A DNA stretch of 64,000 nucleotides. Origin: Fimbriosthenelais zetlandica (Eukaryota). The notes below the pieces were generated by a model, which was given only the letters and a program-made list of their open reading frames with translations, searched no databases and was not told the origin of the DNA. Numbering within the stretch: position 1 is the stretch's first letter; every line of letters begins with the position of its first letter. The DNA lies in assembly GCA_977030845.1 (NCBI GenBank), contig OZ365112.1, forward strand, positions 6,386,001 to 6,450,000. The letters are read 5' to 3'. Shown here one piece after another: positions 13,758 through 27,220 of this stretch. A program made the translations under genes and the position numbers.

Positions 13758-13882
13758 AAATGAGGCCTCATTTAGAGTCTGTTAAAGTTTCAGTGAGGCC
13801 TCAGTTAGGCCTCAATTGACGCCTCAGTCAAGAATAGTAAGTTACTCTACTATTCTTGCCTCAGTAGGCTAAGTAAGGCCTC
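13758..13882. repeat. Palindrome/hairpin cluster with iterated GCCTC motifs
   Basis: Perfect 16-bp palindrome AAATGAGGCCTCATTT (13758-13773). Six GCCTC motifs in about 120 bp. 11-bp perfect stem CAAGAATAGTA/TACTATTCTTG (13829-13858). Confidence 0.5.
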
Positions 13883-16038
13883 TGAAAACCGCATTTAAAG
13901 GATCATAAGTTAACAACTAGATAGTGTTTAGGATGTCTTATATACTGGATGGGAATTTCATCTGGCAGTCAATCCATCATATATATAGGTAAGAGAGCAA
14001 TCTGCTCCGAGGTTTGCTTTTCATTTGGTTGGGGTCATCAAGGTCTTCTCATCCATCGACAATTCCGCAACTCGCCTGACCCTCCACTCACCTTACCCAT
14101 TATCACACTGTGACACAGGCCCAGATCCATCGCCAGTCAAGCCAGCGTCTTCAGACCCAGTTGATGAGGGCTCTGTCACTGTGTGGCCCTTTTCTATTGA
14201 CCTCTCTGCCTCTTGAATTATTCTCAGAGCTGAGGAACTTGGGCTAGCGGTCATGGCTTTCACAGCTAGTCCGGTAGAGGTGCCATCCAACGGCAGTGAC
14301 CCCTGTGGGTCCTTCACCCTAAGCCGGGGCCATTATCCGTGCTTGCTACAGTGGAGAGATAACCAAAGGGCCAGGATCAGACTCTCCGATAACACACTTC
14401 ACATTGATGACTCTGTCTCAGTAGCCCAAGTTCAACACCTAGATGTAGATGCTCGCCAAGGCCTACTACTCCCTGTTCACACCATCAGAAACTATATGAG
14501 GGAATATAGAGTTAAAGGGCAGAATTGACGTGATAAAAGAATGAAAAAAAAAACTTTAAGGGGTTATTATCTTGTACAAAAACCTGGCAAATCAGAGTCC
14601 TTGAGGAGCCAATGCACATGCACATCACAGCCTGAAGGCCTAATACTATCCTGTTTGAGCATCATTAAAAACCCCCACCCCCACTCAGAACAAAATGGAT
14701 AAAAATATTGACCACAGGGAATGACAGAAAAAAAGGTTTAAGAAAGATGTAGGCTTCCCAGTGAGTTCTTTAAGAAACTCGTACAAAAACGAGAGGAATA
14801 TGAGGAGAGTGAATTAATGGCAAGACAAGCAGCATCCTCCTATCTCTCCCACCATCTTGTGCCCGGGCCATCCTCTAGTGACACACAACGAGAAAATGGG
14901 AAACGATCTGATTCTTGCTGCTTTGCCCTTCTGGCGGAGAAAAAAAGCTATGAGTGATAAATTGATGTATAGCTGTATTTTATCAAGAAGGACCCATAGT
15001 TTGGGAGCTGTTAATGTCTTCTCACGTGCATTGTCACATTATGTCGGTGACCAATGAACGCGACCTTGGCCGGGGCCGTAATGTGGCCAGCTTTCTGGCA
15101 GTTTCACTTTGCGTATCAGCCACGGTAACATAGATCAAACTCACCAGGGGGCGTTGGGGAAATTGGGGGCGCAGCCTAGTGGTGGATCCAGGCTATTATA
15201 TCTGCTGACACTGCGACGCCGGCCTCTGTGTGCCTATCTTATACGGTCATTCAAGTGGTGGCAAGATTAAGTCCCTATTATGCCATGATTTATAGACAGA
15301 ATATTCCAAAGGCACCTCAGACGTGTATGTAAACTCTATCACAGATATGGGAGCTTAGATTATAGCATTTCCTCCCACAATCATTCACAAGATGCAGCTT
15401 TATCTCACACATGGGAATCCCCTACTTCCATTCCACCCCTCGCAGCCCAGCTCAGTATTCCCATGAAAGCTGTCCCCTCCCCCACCAGCCCAGCCACGTC
15501 CCCTCCAACCCCTACCCTCTGAATCTGTTTCCTGGAATATGAAGGCAGGGGGAATGGTGCCATAACAGTCAATCGAATGCCACTTGATCCCATTTTGTGA
15601 CTGCATCCCTTGGCCGTGTCACACATATTCTATGCATCTGCATGTGAATAGGCAGGTGGAGGTCTGCTCACCCATAACATGAACAGCCTGATGTGGATAA
15701 TGTTCAGGCATGAAGTCATTGCCATAGTGCACTAGCAATCAGTAACAATCACTTTTATCATTGACTAAACAGTTATATAATTACTCACACATTCCGTTGC
15801 ACCTTCTCCCAAACCAGCTTTTGTATGGAGCCTCCCTGTGTGAGCCCTTACCTGTTAATATATGCTGCTCTAGCTGTATTGATTTCACAATTAACATCAT
15901 CATTGGGAGGCCATTTTCCATGCTCAACAAGGGTGGAAATTGCACCCATCAAGCAGCATTTTGGGTCAGGGGTAATTGATCAAAACTTTAATGTCTTCTT
16001 GCAGTCATGAGATGGCATAAACCCAGGATTGTGGCTTA

Positions 16039-16230
16039 AGCCGGGACTCCACTGCTGCGATTTTGCTTGCGACAACGGGGATGCATGTGTCGCAGTAAAA
16101 TTCATAAATTGTGTTTGCAATGTGCAAGGCTTTAAGGCCGTTTTCCACTGGTCAATTTTTCATTGTGACAAATGCAACACCTTTGTCGCAGTAGTGTCGC
16201 AAGCAAAATCGCAGCAGTGGAGTCCCGGCT
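16039..16230. mobile_element. PIF/Harbinger-type MITE, family A, copy 2 (192 bp)
   Basis: 36-bp perfect TIR AGCCGGGACTCCACTGCTGCGATTTTGCTTGCGACA. TSD TTA on both sides (16036-16038, 16231-16233). Central region alignable with copy 1 in the same orientation (ATAAATTGTG...CAAGGC(C/T)TTAAGGCCGT). Confidence 0.9.
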
Positions 16231-19200
16231 TTAGTTCCGGGTACGTCTCTTCACTAAACAGCAGGAACAAAACATTCACAGTTCTGCCATTCACAAAATA
16301 ATTACAGACTCTGACTCCAAGCACTAACATGCAGCATTGTAAGGTGCTCTACCCACCCAATCTATAAGTGAAACGGCAACGAGTTAATTAACGTCAGCGG
16401 TTTATGAGCTGTTATTTCACACTCAGGGTGCAGGCTGTTTTACCAAGCCTCCCAGAACTGTGTCAGCAAGAGAGGCAACATTTCTCACACCACACTGTTA
16501 ACTTGACTATTAAAATAATCGTCCAACTGTATTTAAATGAGGCAGTGGCTACACTATTCATCAATACAGCAGTTTAGGGGGAATAATCAACGAATGCCCA
16601 GCTGGATGCATGAACTTCTGGGTTCCTAGTACCATGTCTGCACTAGATTGTTGAAGCCACGCTATGTTGTAAACCAAGCCCCTATGGGCATCGCATGTTG
16701 GACTTGGCCATGTTTATTTCGAGACATTTCCCTCCAGGATGAGTGATTTGTGCATATATGGAAGAGTGCAGATGGGGGTTCTTGCAGACCCCCAACCCTA
16801 AACCACAGAACCCTCTCCCATCCCTACTGAGCTGGCGTTCTCACTCACGCACAGCGCATCTAATACTATTAGCGAGCATGGTTACAGAGTCGATACACTC
16901 ATGCATTGCTGGGATCCAGGCTTAGGCCACCCAGTCATCATGTAGCCAAACACACATGTAGTCAGTGCAGCAGCTAGCTATGAAGAGACTGATGTTGAGG
17001 TCTGTCTATTTCAGCACCACCAACTAGAATCCAGCCACCCCTCACACCCCCTGCAGGGTCATTACATGAGATTAGCCCAAACCGTAACTGCATTGAGAAT
17101 GAGACAACGATTTCCAATAGTCTAACATGACTCCAACCTAATTGTGAAAGCAAGCCTAGTTATAAACCGAGGTCTAGAGTTTAGGGTGGAGATCTATAGT
17201 GGAATCCGCATGTAAGTCGCTGACAAATACCCCGCACCGATCGATCGCTCTACCCGTCCCATGCCTTGGAAGCCACATCGATGCGCCTTCAGTTATGTGG
17301 CTTCACGATAGTGGCCCTTCAGACAAGGCTTATTTCACTTGGCTTCACTTCCATGAGGCCCGTGTGGCAAAAGCAGAGACCAACGTGGACACACAAAGAC
17401 CCCTTTTAGTCTCTCACCCATAATTAATATAGCAAAAATTGCTTCTCCTCTTCTGAAACCCTCTCCCGCTGTTCCCTTGTTAAAAAGAGTCTGATGAAGC
17501 TTTTCAGATCCTGGGCAGTGAAAGACAAACGCAGTCATCAATAAATGTAGCCTCAGATGTGCAACTTTTAAGGAGATGACAATCATAAGTGTGTGTGCGG
17601 CTCTTGTCTTCCTTAATATCTGAAAAGGCAGGAGAGTGGGTGGAGGTGGAAGAGGAGGTGGGGTTCGAGGCAGCGGGATAAGAAGGAGTGAGTGGCGAAA
17701 AAAAAATCTGTGGTTATTCCTGGAGGAGCCTAAGATGTAGTCGAATGCTCACTAAATATAGGGTAGGGAAGAGTATGGTTGTGTAGGGTGGCTTCTAGTG
17801 AAGAGGCAAAGGCTGTTATTACCAGCAGTTCTCTGATCAATACTTCAGGATGGGGCTGTGCGGAAGGACTCAACCGAAAAATAAGCAAGCTGTTGGGATC
17901 ATTGGCGTCCAACAATCAACCCGTTAGTTTATTCATGAGTCTCATTGATGTCTTTTAATGCCAGTTACTTTTCATCCATCAGCATAAATCATGACACAAA
18001 TAGGAGGACACATGATGTTTACTGACCAGCACTTGATAACCGATGAAAGCATGTCAGGAATGGCCATCTGTACCAGCAAATAAACTATTATCAAATCTCT
18101 TTGTGATTTCTTTTCTATTTTCTCAAAGCACTACACGAGCTGACTGCATCATTATGAGCAGTATCAGCATCAGCAATGCCAGTAGCAGGAGCAATGGCTC
18201 AGTCCGCTTCATTATAGAGAGAAAATGTGAAAGGATGATGAGAGAACAGCCAGATAAAAAGCAAGTTCAGGTCGTGTGAGCTAAATATGGAAAGGATGGG
18301 GGAGGTGAGAATTTAAGGCGAAAGCCTGCTGCTGAGGAAGTCAAAGAATGGGATACAGAGGCATGGGAACAAGGCAACGGCATACACAAGTTTAGACGTG
18401 CAGAACACACACAATAGACTCTAGGTTATAGGTTGAAGAATAGCCATACTGGTGGCAAACAGTGCTTGAGGTTTCATTGCAATGCAACATGAAGCCATCA
18501 CAGCATATGTCCCACATGGCTATAGCTTCAAAATTTCCTCTTGAGGCCTATAGTATGTACGTGAAAGGCATTTCTCATTGTTAAGCGTAGGAGGTTTCAA
18601 TACATAGTTACTGCACAACAAAGCTAAACAATAAAACGAAAGGAGAAGGTCCAAGACCATAGATCAGATACTGATACTGTATTTTATGTTATATTTCTGA
18701 TACTGGTCTAGTAAAGCTTAATTGGCTTAATGTACCTGAATATATTATAAGCAATGTGTTTGGTAATACTTCCTGTTATTACCCAACAGTACACGACATC
18801 ATTAATGAAACAAATATGCACTGACGGAATAACACTCGTGTTTGACGCAGAGTAATCTGTCCCATCCTTTTAAAAAGAATCCACCCAAATAACCCATGGG
18901 AATTGTTCTTCAAGGCAAAACACACAAAAACAATTCAAAGGCGGATCGTTTTGACCTGGTCAAAAACCAAAAGCCGATTGACATGAACATAAAAATCGAT
19001 CACGCTTTTCTTTTTCCGTTTCCTCCCATTTTCCAATTACAAATGGGTGGAAAATGTCCTCCCATCTATTATCCAGTGTGGACCTCTTCCTCTCTCCATT
19101 CCACCTCCCATGGTCTGGCCATGCCTTAAACTCCCGGTCATCTTCCCCTTATCTCATGTGTTCTTTGTGTACACATATCCGGCAAAACACATCCTCCTTC

Positions 19201-22200
19201 CGCCCCCTCATTTCTACCCCAAACAGGTTGCCTCTGCCCCCACAATGAGGACCCCTCCTCTGATAAGGGAATGGGAGTGGGGGGAGGGATGGAGAGGATA
19301 CCATTATAAGATAAAAACCAGGATTGCTGCTGTGGCACTGCCGTAGTGATTGGAACACAATGTCTGGGTGTCCAATAGCCTGTGTCACTCTCAGATATTA
19401 GTAGAAAGGGGTAAGCGACAGAGTGAGTGGAGGACCTTTTCTGGATGATGAGTGGAACCCTTATAGCTGATGGGTAAAGAGAGAGATCCCACTATCAATG
19501 GCTAACCCGCTTGTAAAACGATCATTACAGAATGTCCGTCTTGGTCACTTGACCGACCACTACCCCCGTCCATCCCATTATTGATTGATTTAATATGTAT
19601 GTTATCTCTGCCAGGATTTGTGATAAGCCCAGTATCTATAGGCAATGTCACAGATACATCAGTAGTAAATCAGAATTTAGCCAAACCATGAGGAACCTAA
19701 TCTTGGCCATCGATATTAGAGAATTGGCCTAATAAGAAAGGATTACATGGGGCCAGGCTCTAATTATCCAGAGCTTCCCCTGTGAAAATAAAAGGCCTCA
19801 GTGCAGGATAATTTCTATTTATGTCTCTGCAGGCATATATGGCAATCTTATTGTTAAATGTAGCCACCTGCAAAAGGTCATACTTGGTAGTTGGTATTTA
19901 CTACATGTGCGCCTTGTGTTGAATTAGCCTGTGGAACATAAGGTCCTGCCTTCAATTAACCGAAGTGTACTCAGTTGTTGGCATCAGTAATGGATTGGGA
20001 TGAACAAAGATGTGTCCTTTCTTCCCTCTAAATCAAAACACTGAGGGCCTAAAACAATTACCATTCGTCTGTCAGTCGCTGTTATGGGATAGTCACTTGT
20101 TCAAAGGAGTCAAGGGCTTCAGTGTCCAAATAGGTTTGACATGGTCAGGATGTCAGCAAAAAAGGTAATTTCTTTTCTCTGAGGTCTGACCAGAGGAAAA
20201 GACAGCCAGTGACAAGGGCATGAGTGTTATTAGTGAGATGAATTGGACCTTTGTAATTCAATCAAGAAGGGTGTGAAAAACAAACATCCCTCCTTCTCTT
20301 CACAACTCACTTCTCAGAAAAAACAGAAAAACATGCAATTATTTAAGTTAATCCACACGCAGAAGAACACCCTGAATAGTTGAGACAGCTAATTTTCCTT
20401 TGCTTAGGATTCAAAAAATCTCAAAAACATGTTTCAAAGTGAAAAAAGAGAGTAAAAGAAAGAGTCAGTGCAAATGGATTCTACTCACGAAACCACCGGG
20501 GTATCCATCTTTACTTACCTAGAAAGAGATAAAAGGGAAATCAATTAATTACGGCAGTCACAGGAGAGATATAATCAGGGGTGTTGGGAGATTTTCAATC
20601 AAGATAATGCAGAAGAGATCAAAGTGTGTGACATTCATTTCTCGTTGGGCTGTCGTAGGAGGCCGGTCTAGCTGGTGGATAGTGGGAGGACCTTGTTGAA
20701 CGTGTAGTATATGAATCAGGGCATGGGAGCAGGCGGTGTTCACACTGATTAAACAAGGCACCGTCTGCACCATCATTAATAAAATAACTCACCAACATCT
20801 GCCGAGCAGCCACCATCCTACATACATCAGTTAGTAATAGTCTTCACAATATAAAAAACCTCTATGGTAGAATGGCATGTGGTATGTCGGTTAGTTCTCC
20901 AGCACAGACATAGAAGTCGCAGTTATCCTTATTTTCTGGTTCCATTATGGCTGGATTGCAGTATTTTGAAAGCACTATTTTGTCCATGAATTACGATCAT
21001 TTGCGTTTTGTGGGAATAAAAACAAGCAAGACATGTGTACACAATTGAAATATTTTATTTCAGAATTTATATATTTCAAAACATAGCAAAATTGCAGTTT
21101 AAAAGATGTTTTCGAGATATAAATAACAATGCAAGTAGATAAGGAGATGATCTAAAAGCAGATAGTCCCTATTGATAAATTATTCATTTTCAAAACTCGA
21201 ACAATTTCTCCTTGACCAATATAGACCTACACTAGATTTGGACTGGAGGAAACAACAGCGTATTTCTTGAATCAGGTAACCATTGTGAGACAGCCAACTG
21301 GCAATTAAGATTTAGAAAGCTGATGTTGCGAAGTCGGAGCAGAAATGAATGCAAATCTGGGACATAGAATCAGTGAATCGGGGAAAATCTCGGGGTAAGG
21401 CCATAACCCGTAAGAAATCAATCACACAAGATCATTATCGGTTTCTCCATGCCCGCCATTTTGTTGTCACAATTGACCTTTATTCCTCCAGGGTCGTGAT
21501 ACTGGCATGATTCCTCGGCAAAGGATAGCAGGGAGTACCAGCCCATACATTGCCCCGGACAAGAAAAATCCACCAGCCAAAGCCAAATCCCCAAGGCAGT
21601 GCTTTCTCTCTTACTCTCAGTCAGAAGGGCGGAAGTTTGGGTGCTTCAGTTCTAGCCTTTATGAGGTGGTGTCATAAATCCTTAGTGGTAATACATAATA
21701 ATCCAGGCTAGAGGGCATGTCAAGGCACCTCATCATCAATTTCTACTTACCTCCAGAGGCAAATGCTCTGGTTCTACATTTGGTGAATGATATCACAGCT
21801 AACCAGAGCATGTATCACAGATAACAGACAATATACGTATAGGACTAGGAGACTAGGAGTACCTCCAAGTGTTATTCCATCCCATATACCCATGGAAATG
21901 ACCTATTATCTCCTGGAAGAACTAGAAGCATATGTTCTATATATAGAACTGCATCTAACTTGGGTGGGACAAATACAAGCACTATGCAGTGTCACAAGTG
22001 TCTGTTTCCTATGTGGATTCTGCACTGGTGAGAAAAAAGAAATGGATGAAGAGCAATCAAGGACTGGGACTTCTAAGGGATTCTTTTCGATAAGCCAAAG
22101 GGGATGGATTCTTGCAATTAGGGTGAGATGAGCTTGCTAGGCTCTCGCTTGAATGAAGGGTGCTCAGCAGTAATGGCAAATCCAGAGAAAAGGGAGCTGA

Positions 22201-24457
22201 ATGTGGAGATTCAGCTTCACCATTGCTGAGCTTTTACAAAATGGACACTGCTCAGAGAGGCCCAGTTTATCACGAGCTTTATTATTGCCAATATGAATGG
22301 AAGATAACTTGGATTCTCTATGGTCTCTTTGAAAACCATCAGCAGGGAGTAACGAACTGAGGAACGATACTCTCATATATATATTATCAGTGATGGCAAT
22401 CCTGTAAGTAGTCTATGGGAATGGGGGATTTCCTCGGGAGGGGGCCCTGACCCACATTTGCAAGGCACTCATCTGAAATCTACTTTCATATAAATGTGGG
22501 TCCCAGCCAATCAGACTGTTAAATAGTGCTTTGTGAATGAAACAGTGAATGAGTCAAGGACTGTGGGATGAAATATGCCGCATGGATCTAGGGCAGATAT
22601 AAACAAACAGATCCTTTGTGTACCGGGGAGTAATCAAGTGCGGTTTTCTGGTCTATATGTCTGACTCAAAGGGAAATCTCCTCCACTATAGAGATCTACT
22701 GGCGTAACCCATGTTATTCTAGCATAGACACACTCCCATACATAATGATGGATGTGAACACTTGTTTGTGGTCCCCTGCACGTGAGAAAATGGATTGCCT
22801 GCATTAGCTTTATAAACTTAGGGGTGTTTCCTCTTTAGATAAGGAGGGCAATTTGTGTCAAGAACATTTTTTTTACAGACTCAAGGAACTCCCAACTAAG
22901 GGAATGAGAGAGTGGGGGGAGGAGAGGTTTGGAGAGGCTGTACATATTCCCCTAGCCTTCAATAACATTTAGTCGTACTGTGTCAAGGCAAGAACATGCA
23001 ATCCCCTTTCTCCCCAGCCCTGTAATTGGGAGAGCACTTAGGAGGTGAATATTACCCTCCAGGTTATTGGAAAGATCACGATATTGTAATTGCAGGATGT
23101 TTACCCCAAGCCTAAAGCTTGGACAGATCCAAGCCTCAATTGATTCAAGTTTTTATTGTACGACAACGATAAGTGATTTGTTCCTATACTAAGGGCCTTG
23201 TCATCATCAGAAACATCATGTAGGCCATCTGCAGCGGTGACAATTTGATATTCGAAGCTGCGACAGCAGATTCCTGAACAGAAGTAGCAGGCAATAGAGG
23301 AAATATGACCTGGTTAGTCTCACACGACTCAATTTTCCCAATAGTGGTCTCCAATTAAATGACCGTGTCATTGGCATGCAATGCTTGTTGGTCCTTGCAT
23401 GTCAATGCGCCCTCGTCAAAACAGTATAAGCGAGATCTGCAAGTTTGGCAGGGCTGGGCCAGTGCTTTATGGCTAAATAGCTCAAGGAAAACTGAACATG
23501 AAACTAGCTGATTATTTATTCACGCAAAGCCCCCTGGGTCAAAGTTCTAACACGGAAATAATTGACCATGTTATATTGTATGCTTGGCTACGAGACAGAA
23601 ATTGTTGAGAGTTGAGAGCTGTCTCTCATAATCATACTGATTATGTATTGGAAGGGGTCGGGTAAGACCGTGTCAGAGATTACTAATTGATTATAAGGCC
23701 ATCTGGGATCATCAGGGTGACCAAAGGACAGCCATCACACCATCCAGTCACATCCTCTCTGCTCTGACCCAAGCAGCCCTTGGTGATCCTCAGGTCCAAG
23801 GGTCTCTGGTCACCAAGGCTCTGGCATGATGGGCAAAAAGCCCTGCCATCTGACCTCCATCTGTGCAGGAGCAGTCAGAAATGGGCACGGTATTCCCATC
23901 CAAGCTTGTGGGGGAAGCAGAGCTGAAAATCAAGCAAATATCCTCCGGCTCAGCAGGTGTTTATGGGGGATGTACAGGGACGCCCAGGATGCAAGTGATG
24001 GTTATTTGGGAAATGATGATCATGATGATTCCTGCGGCTAGGCAATGATCGCTTGTATATTATGTACATTAACTGTGGCCCAGGTAATAGAGAAGTCATG
24101 CTTGATCATCTGCTTACCCCAGGCATTTCATATGAAAAGCTAGAGACATTCATATATGGACTTCCCAATGGATATAATCATCAAGAATAGACACTCCATT
24201 CCGTAGTGAGAGGCATTTTGGAGCATGTTTAACATATTAATTGTAGCATCTCTGCATGATCATCATTTATGACATGCATAGTTACAATATTCATAGAGAA
24301 GCATGTAATTATATTGTTAGCAAGGGATCAAATGATGGGGGAGATTACATAGACAGTGATGAAACTAATGAGGAGGCTAGCCATGCCCATACACCTAATC
24401 AACGTCTGAATTGATAATGATAACCATATCACTGTCAGTCGCATACCAATAAACTTA

Positions 24458-24865
24458 ATGATTACCCTAGTGGTTTTCCTAACTCCAGACAAGATATCTG
24501 CATGTGATAATGACAATGGATGGTACTTCAATCTCCACTACACACAGTATCTGAAATGCAATCTCGGTAAAAATCCAGACAGCCTGCCCACGAACGATGG
24601 TCTTTTCATTTTGCAGGAGATAGTCTTCAATGTCTAAAAATATAATGAACAGCTTGCAAAAAAGAGACACCGGCCCTGAATACGGTTCAGTGTTTGTTTC
24701 GGGGACTAATGGTCCAACACAAATGAAATCAGACCACATCATTCAATTTGTCAAACGGTGATGACTCATTTTCGGCCAAATATAATAGCCATTGGCGCTC
24801 CCGAGTCTCGGACTCAAGGCCTCTCTGAGGAGGCAAAAATTAGGGCAATGAAAAAGCATCGCTGA
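24458..24865 (+). pseudogene. Possible decayed reading frame, unknown product
   Basis: MITLVVFLTPDKISACDNDNGWYFNLHYTQYLKCNLGKNPDSLPTNDGLFILQEIVFNV* with many C-ending codons. The frame continues through internal stops to 24865. Confidence 0.25.
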
Positions 24866-26469
24866 CCTTTGAAATATGACCTTTCGAGTCTATTTAAATC
24901 ATGCACATCTATTGGCTCTTCACTGTCAATTATTACCTCCAGATGATATTTTGACACGAGGAGACATCAAGAAAATACACATCGCTTGCGTCATTGTCAA
25001 ATACCAGGGTCTCAGCATGTTCAAGATCTAGACCTCTCCATATATGTGTCAATTATGATACTACCGCAGACATTCGGCTCCTCAAGAGTTAACTCTTAAA
25101 GAGTTAACATCTCCCATGGTCTGAATGTTAGGAGTAACTAAAATTAGTAAATGGGAATCTTCTGATGGGAATCCATGAACCTTGATCACCCTTGGTTATA
25201 GATGCTTTTCGGAGCTCGCTTCTAATGGCTCTAGAGGGAGCACCGTAAGCAAAGGATTATTGTATAAGATAGCAGAAGAGAAAACACAGTGCTGCCTGAT
25301 GCTCGACCACTGGTTTACCATTCAAGTCACTAATCAAGCGTAGAGAACATCAGTTGGAATGAAAAGGAGAAACTGAATGGAAGATGCAGGGTTACCTCCT
25401 ACGAGATGGCCTACAGAAGCTATTTCCCAAATCTAGAGGCAGTTGTGTGGTAAGGATGAGTGGGAGGCAGGGAGGAAATGGTGACACAAATACAACACCA
25501 TTTCTTATTTGTCAGTGGTTCTAACATTGTTGCTTATTGCCTCGATTATCACCAGCATTGCCAATGTATTTCTTTGGGACTTGGCCGTGGCACACTACGT
25601 GACAATATGGGGGATGGCACGTGTTTGTGTAGGATAATGGCGAGGGAGGGTGTTCATTGTTTCATTAAAAGAGCAAAAAATATGAGACAAGGCGCCGCAA
25701 TGCACTCCTAATGTCACATGAGGTCAGGTGATGCCAGCCTCAGCACCTGACTGTTGGAGGGAATCATCAAATGTCGGGGAGCACACATCGTAACCTCCCA
25801 ACACCGGCGTCATCCAAGATGGCACTGCTCCTGGTTCATCTTAAATCTCTCACTATTGCTCTGCCATCTCTGCTACTAATAAAGGCGAAACCCAAAGCTG
25901 GCTGAGTGGCATAGACTTTCAGAGCAGGTAAACGCCAGCGGTGCTCAGAGATGGGAAGAACCTCCAGCCCGGATCGTGTTGGCAAGAACTTGATCCCCTT
26001 GCTTCCCCACTGTCAATGAGTCCCTCTTACACGCAACGTAATCAAATGAGTCTTTCTCCTTGCATGCAAGGTTGCATACAGTATAGTAGGAGCTAGGTGC
26101 TCAATCGAGTGAGGGGAAGCTGGTTGGCGTCTGGAGTGCTCTTTGGTAAAAAAGGATGAGTGGAAACAGACACAACAATAAATTCACTGGACTGTCTGAG
26201 CTCTTGTGGTGATGACAGTTGACATTGCTACATTGAGCAGCCTCTCCAGCCATGTGTCAACAATAAAGACCAGGTCTTTAATGGATGTATTCAAGCAATT
26301 GAAGTCCATATCAGACATAACAGAGAATCAACTGTCTAATGAAAATTAGCATTATGGTCATTTTTAACGGATATTTTCATGAGGACATTTTTGAAGAAAG
26401 CCTGTTGACAGATTCATCTAGAAATCCCACGTTGAACTATAGACTAGCTCACGAGTGGATAGCCTCTTC

Positions 26470-27220
26470 CTTTGGAGGAAGCAAACCTCATTTCCAGGGC
26501 CCTGATGACAGTCTTCAAACGATGTAGGCGAGAGGAATGATGGTAATACTGCCTAGCCTAACATCATTCACACAGCCCCCAATGGCTGTCAGTTGCATGC
26601 TTTGATCAGAAAATTGGAGGCGAACGTGTTTGTAGAGAAGATAGTTATTACCAGGTGGAGCAGGGGACTTCCGGAGGGGTAGACCTTGTACTTCCGGCAA
26701 GGGGACCTCTGGTTTATTGAGCTGTATCTGTAGTTGACTACATCGCCGATAGGGGTCTTAGAGATGGCCTCCTGGGTCATAAAATCATCAAGCAGAGTCG
26801 ATGGGAATGACTGGCCGGAAAATATGTCAGAACGAATCATCCCCCTGGGGGGCAGTATCATGGCGAATCTTACCACAGGCTCTGACCTGAAGAACTTTTT
26901 CTTCACTAAATATATTGAACAAGATGACAGCGAATACTTAGGAGAAAAGACAAGCTGTCGATGGCTGATAGAGGAAGGACGAAGCTCCATGGAAGATTAG
27001 CAAGAGGATTGGCAGAGACAAGGATAATTGGTGCAAATCTCTGTTCCTCTGAAGCTCTTTTTGACCATGAACATTAAGGTCATGTTCTAAAAGCTTGCCG
27101 GTGCAGATAGGCGACTTAAGCACTGGCTTGTGTGGGGTGAGATAGATGAACTCATTCCCCATACTGAGGACAGGCTGGACCATGTCAGCATATGGAGCAC
27201 TGTCCCTGTGTCTTCCACCT
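26470..27220 (-). pseudogene. Unidentified coding remnant or exon(s); possible DNA-transposase fragment
   Basis: 133-codon open frame 26589..26990. In its last 63 sense codons (MTQEAI...KACN) 31 end in C and 44 in G/C, well above background. Codon-biased segments seem to continue in other frames on both sides (DMVQPVLSMGNEFIYLTPHK; TAIGGCVNDVRLGSITIIPLAYIV; LKTVIRALEMRFASS), implying frameshifts or introns. Product not recognised. Confidence 0.5.
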
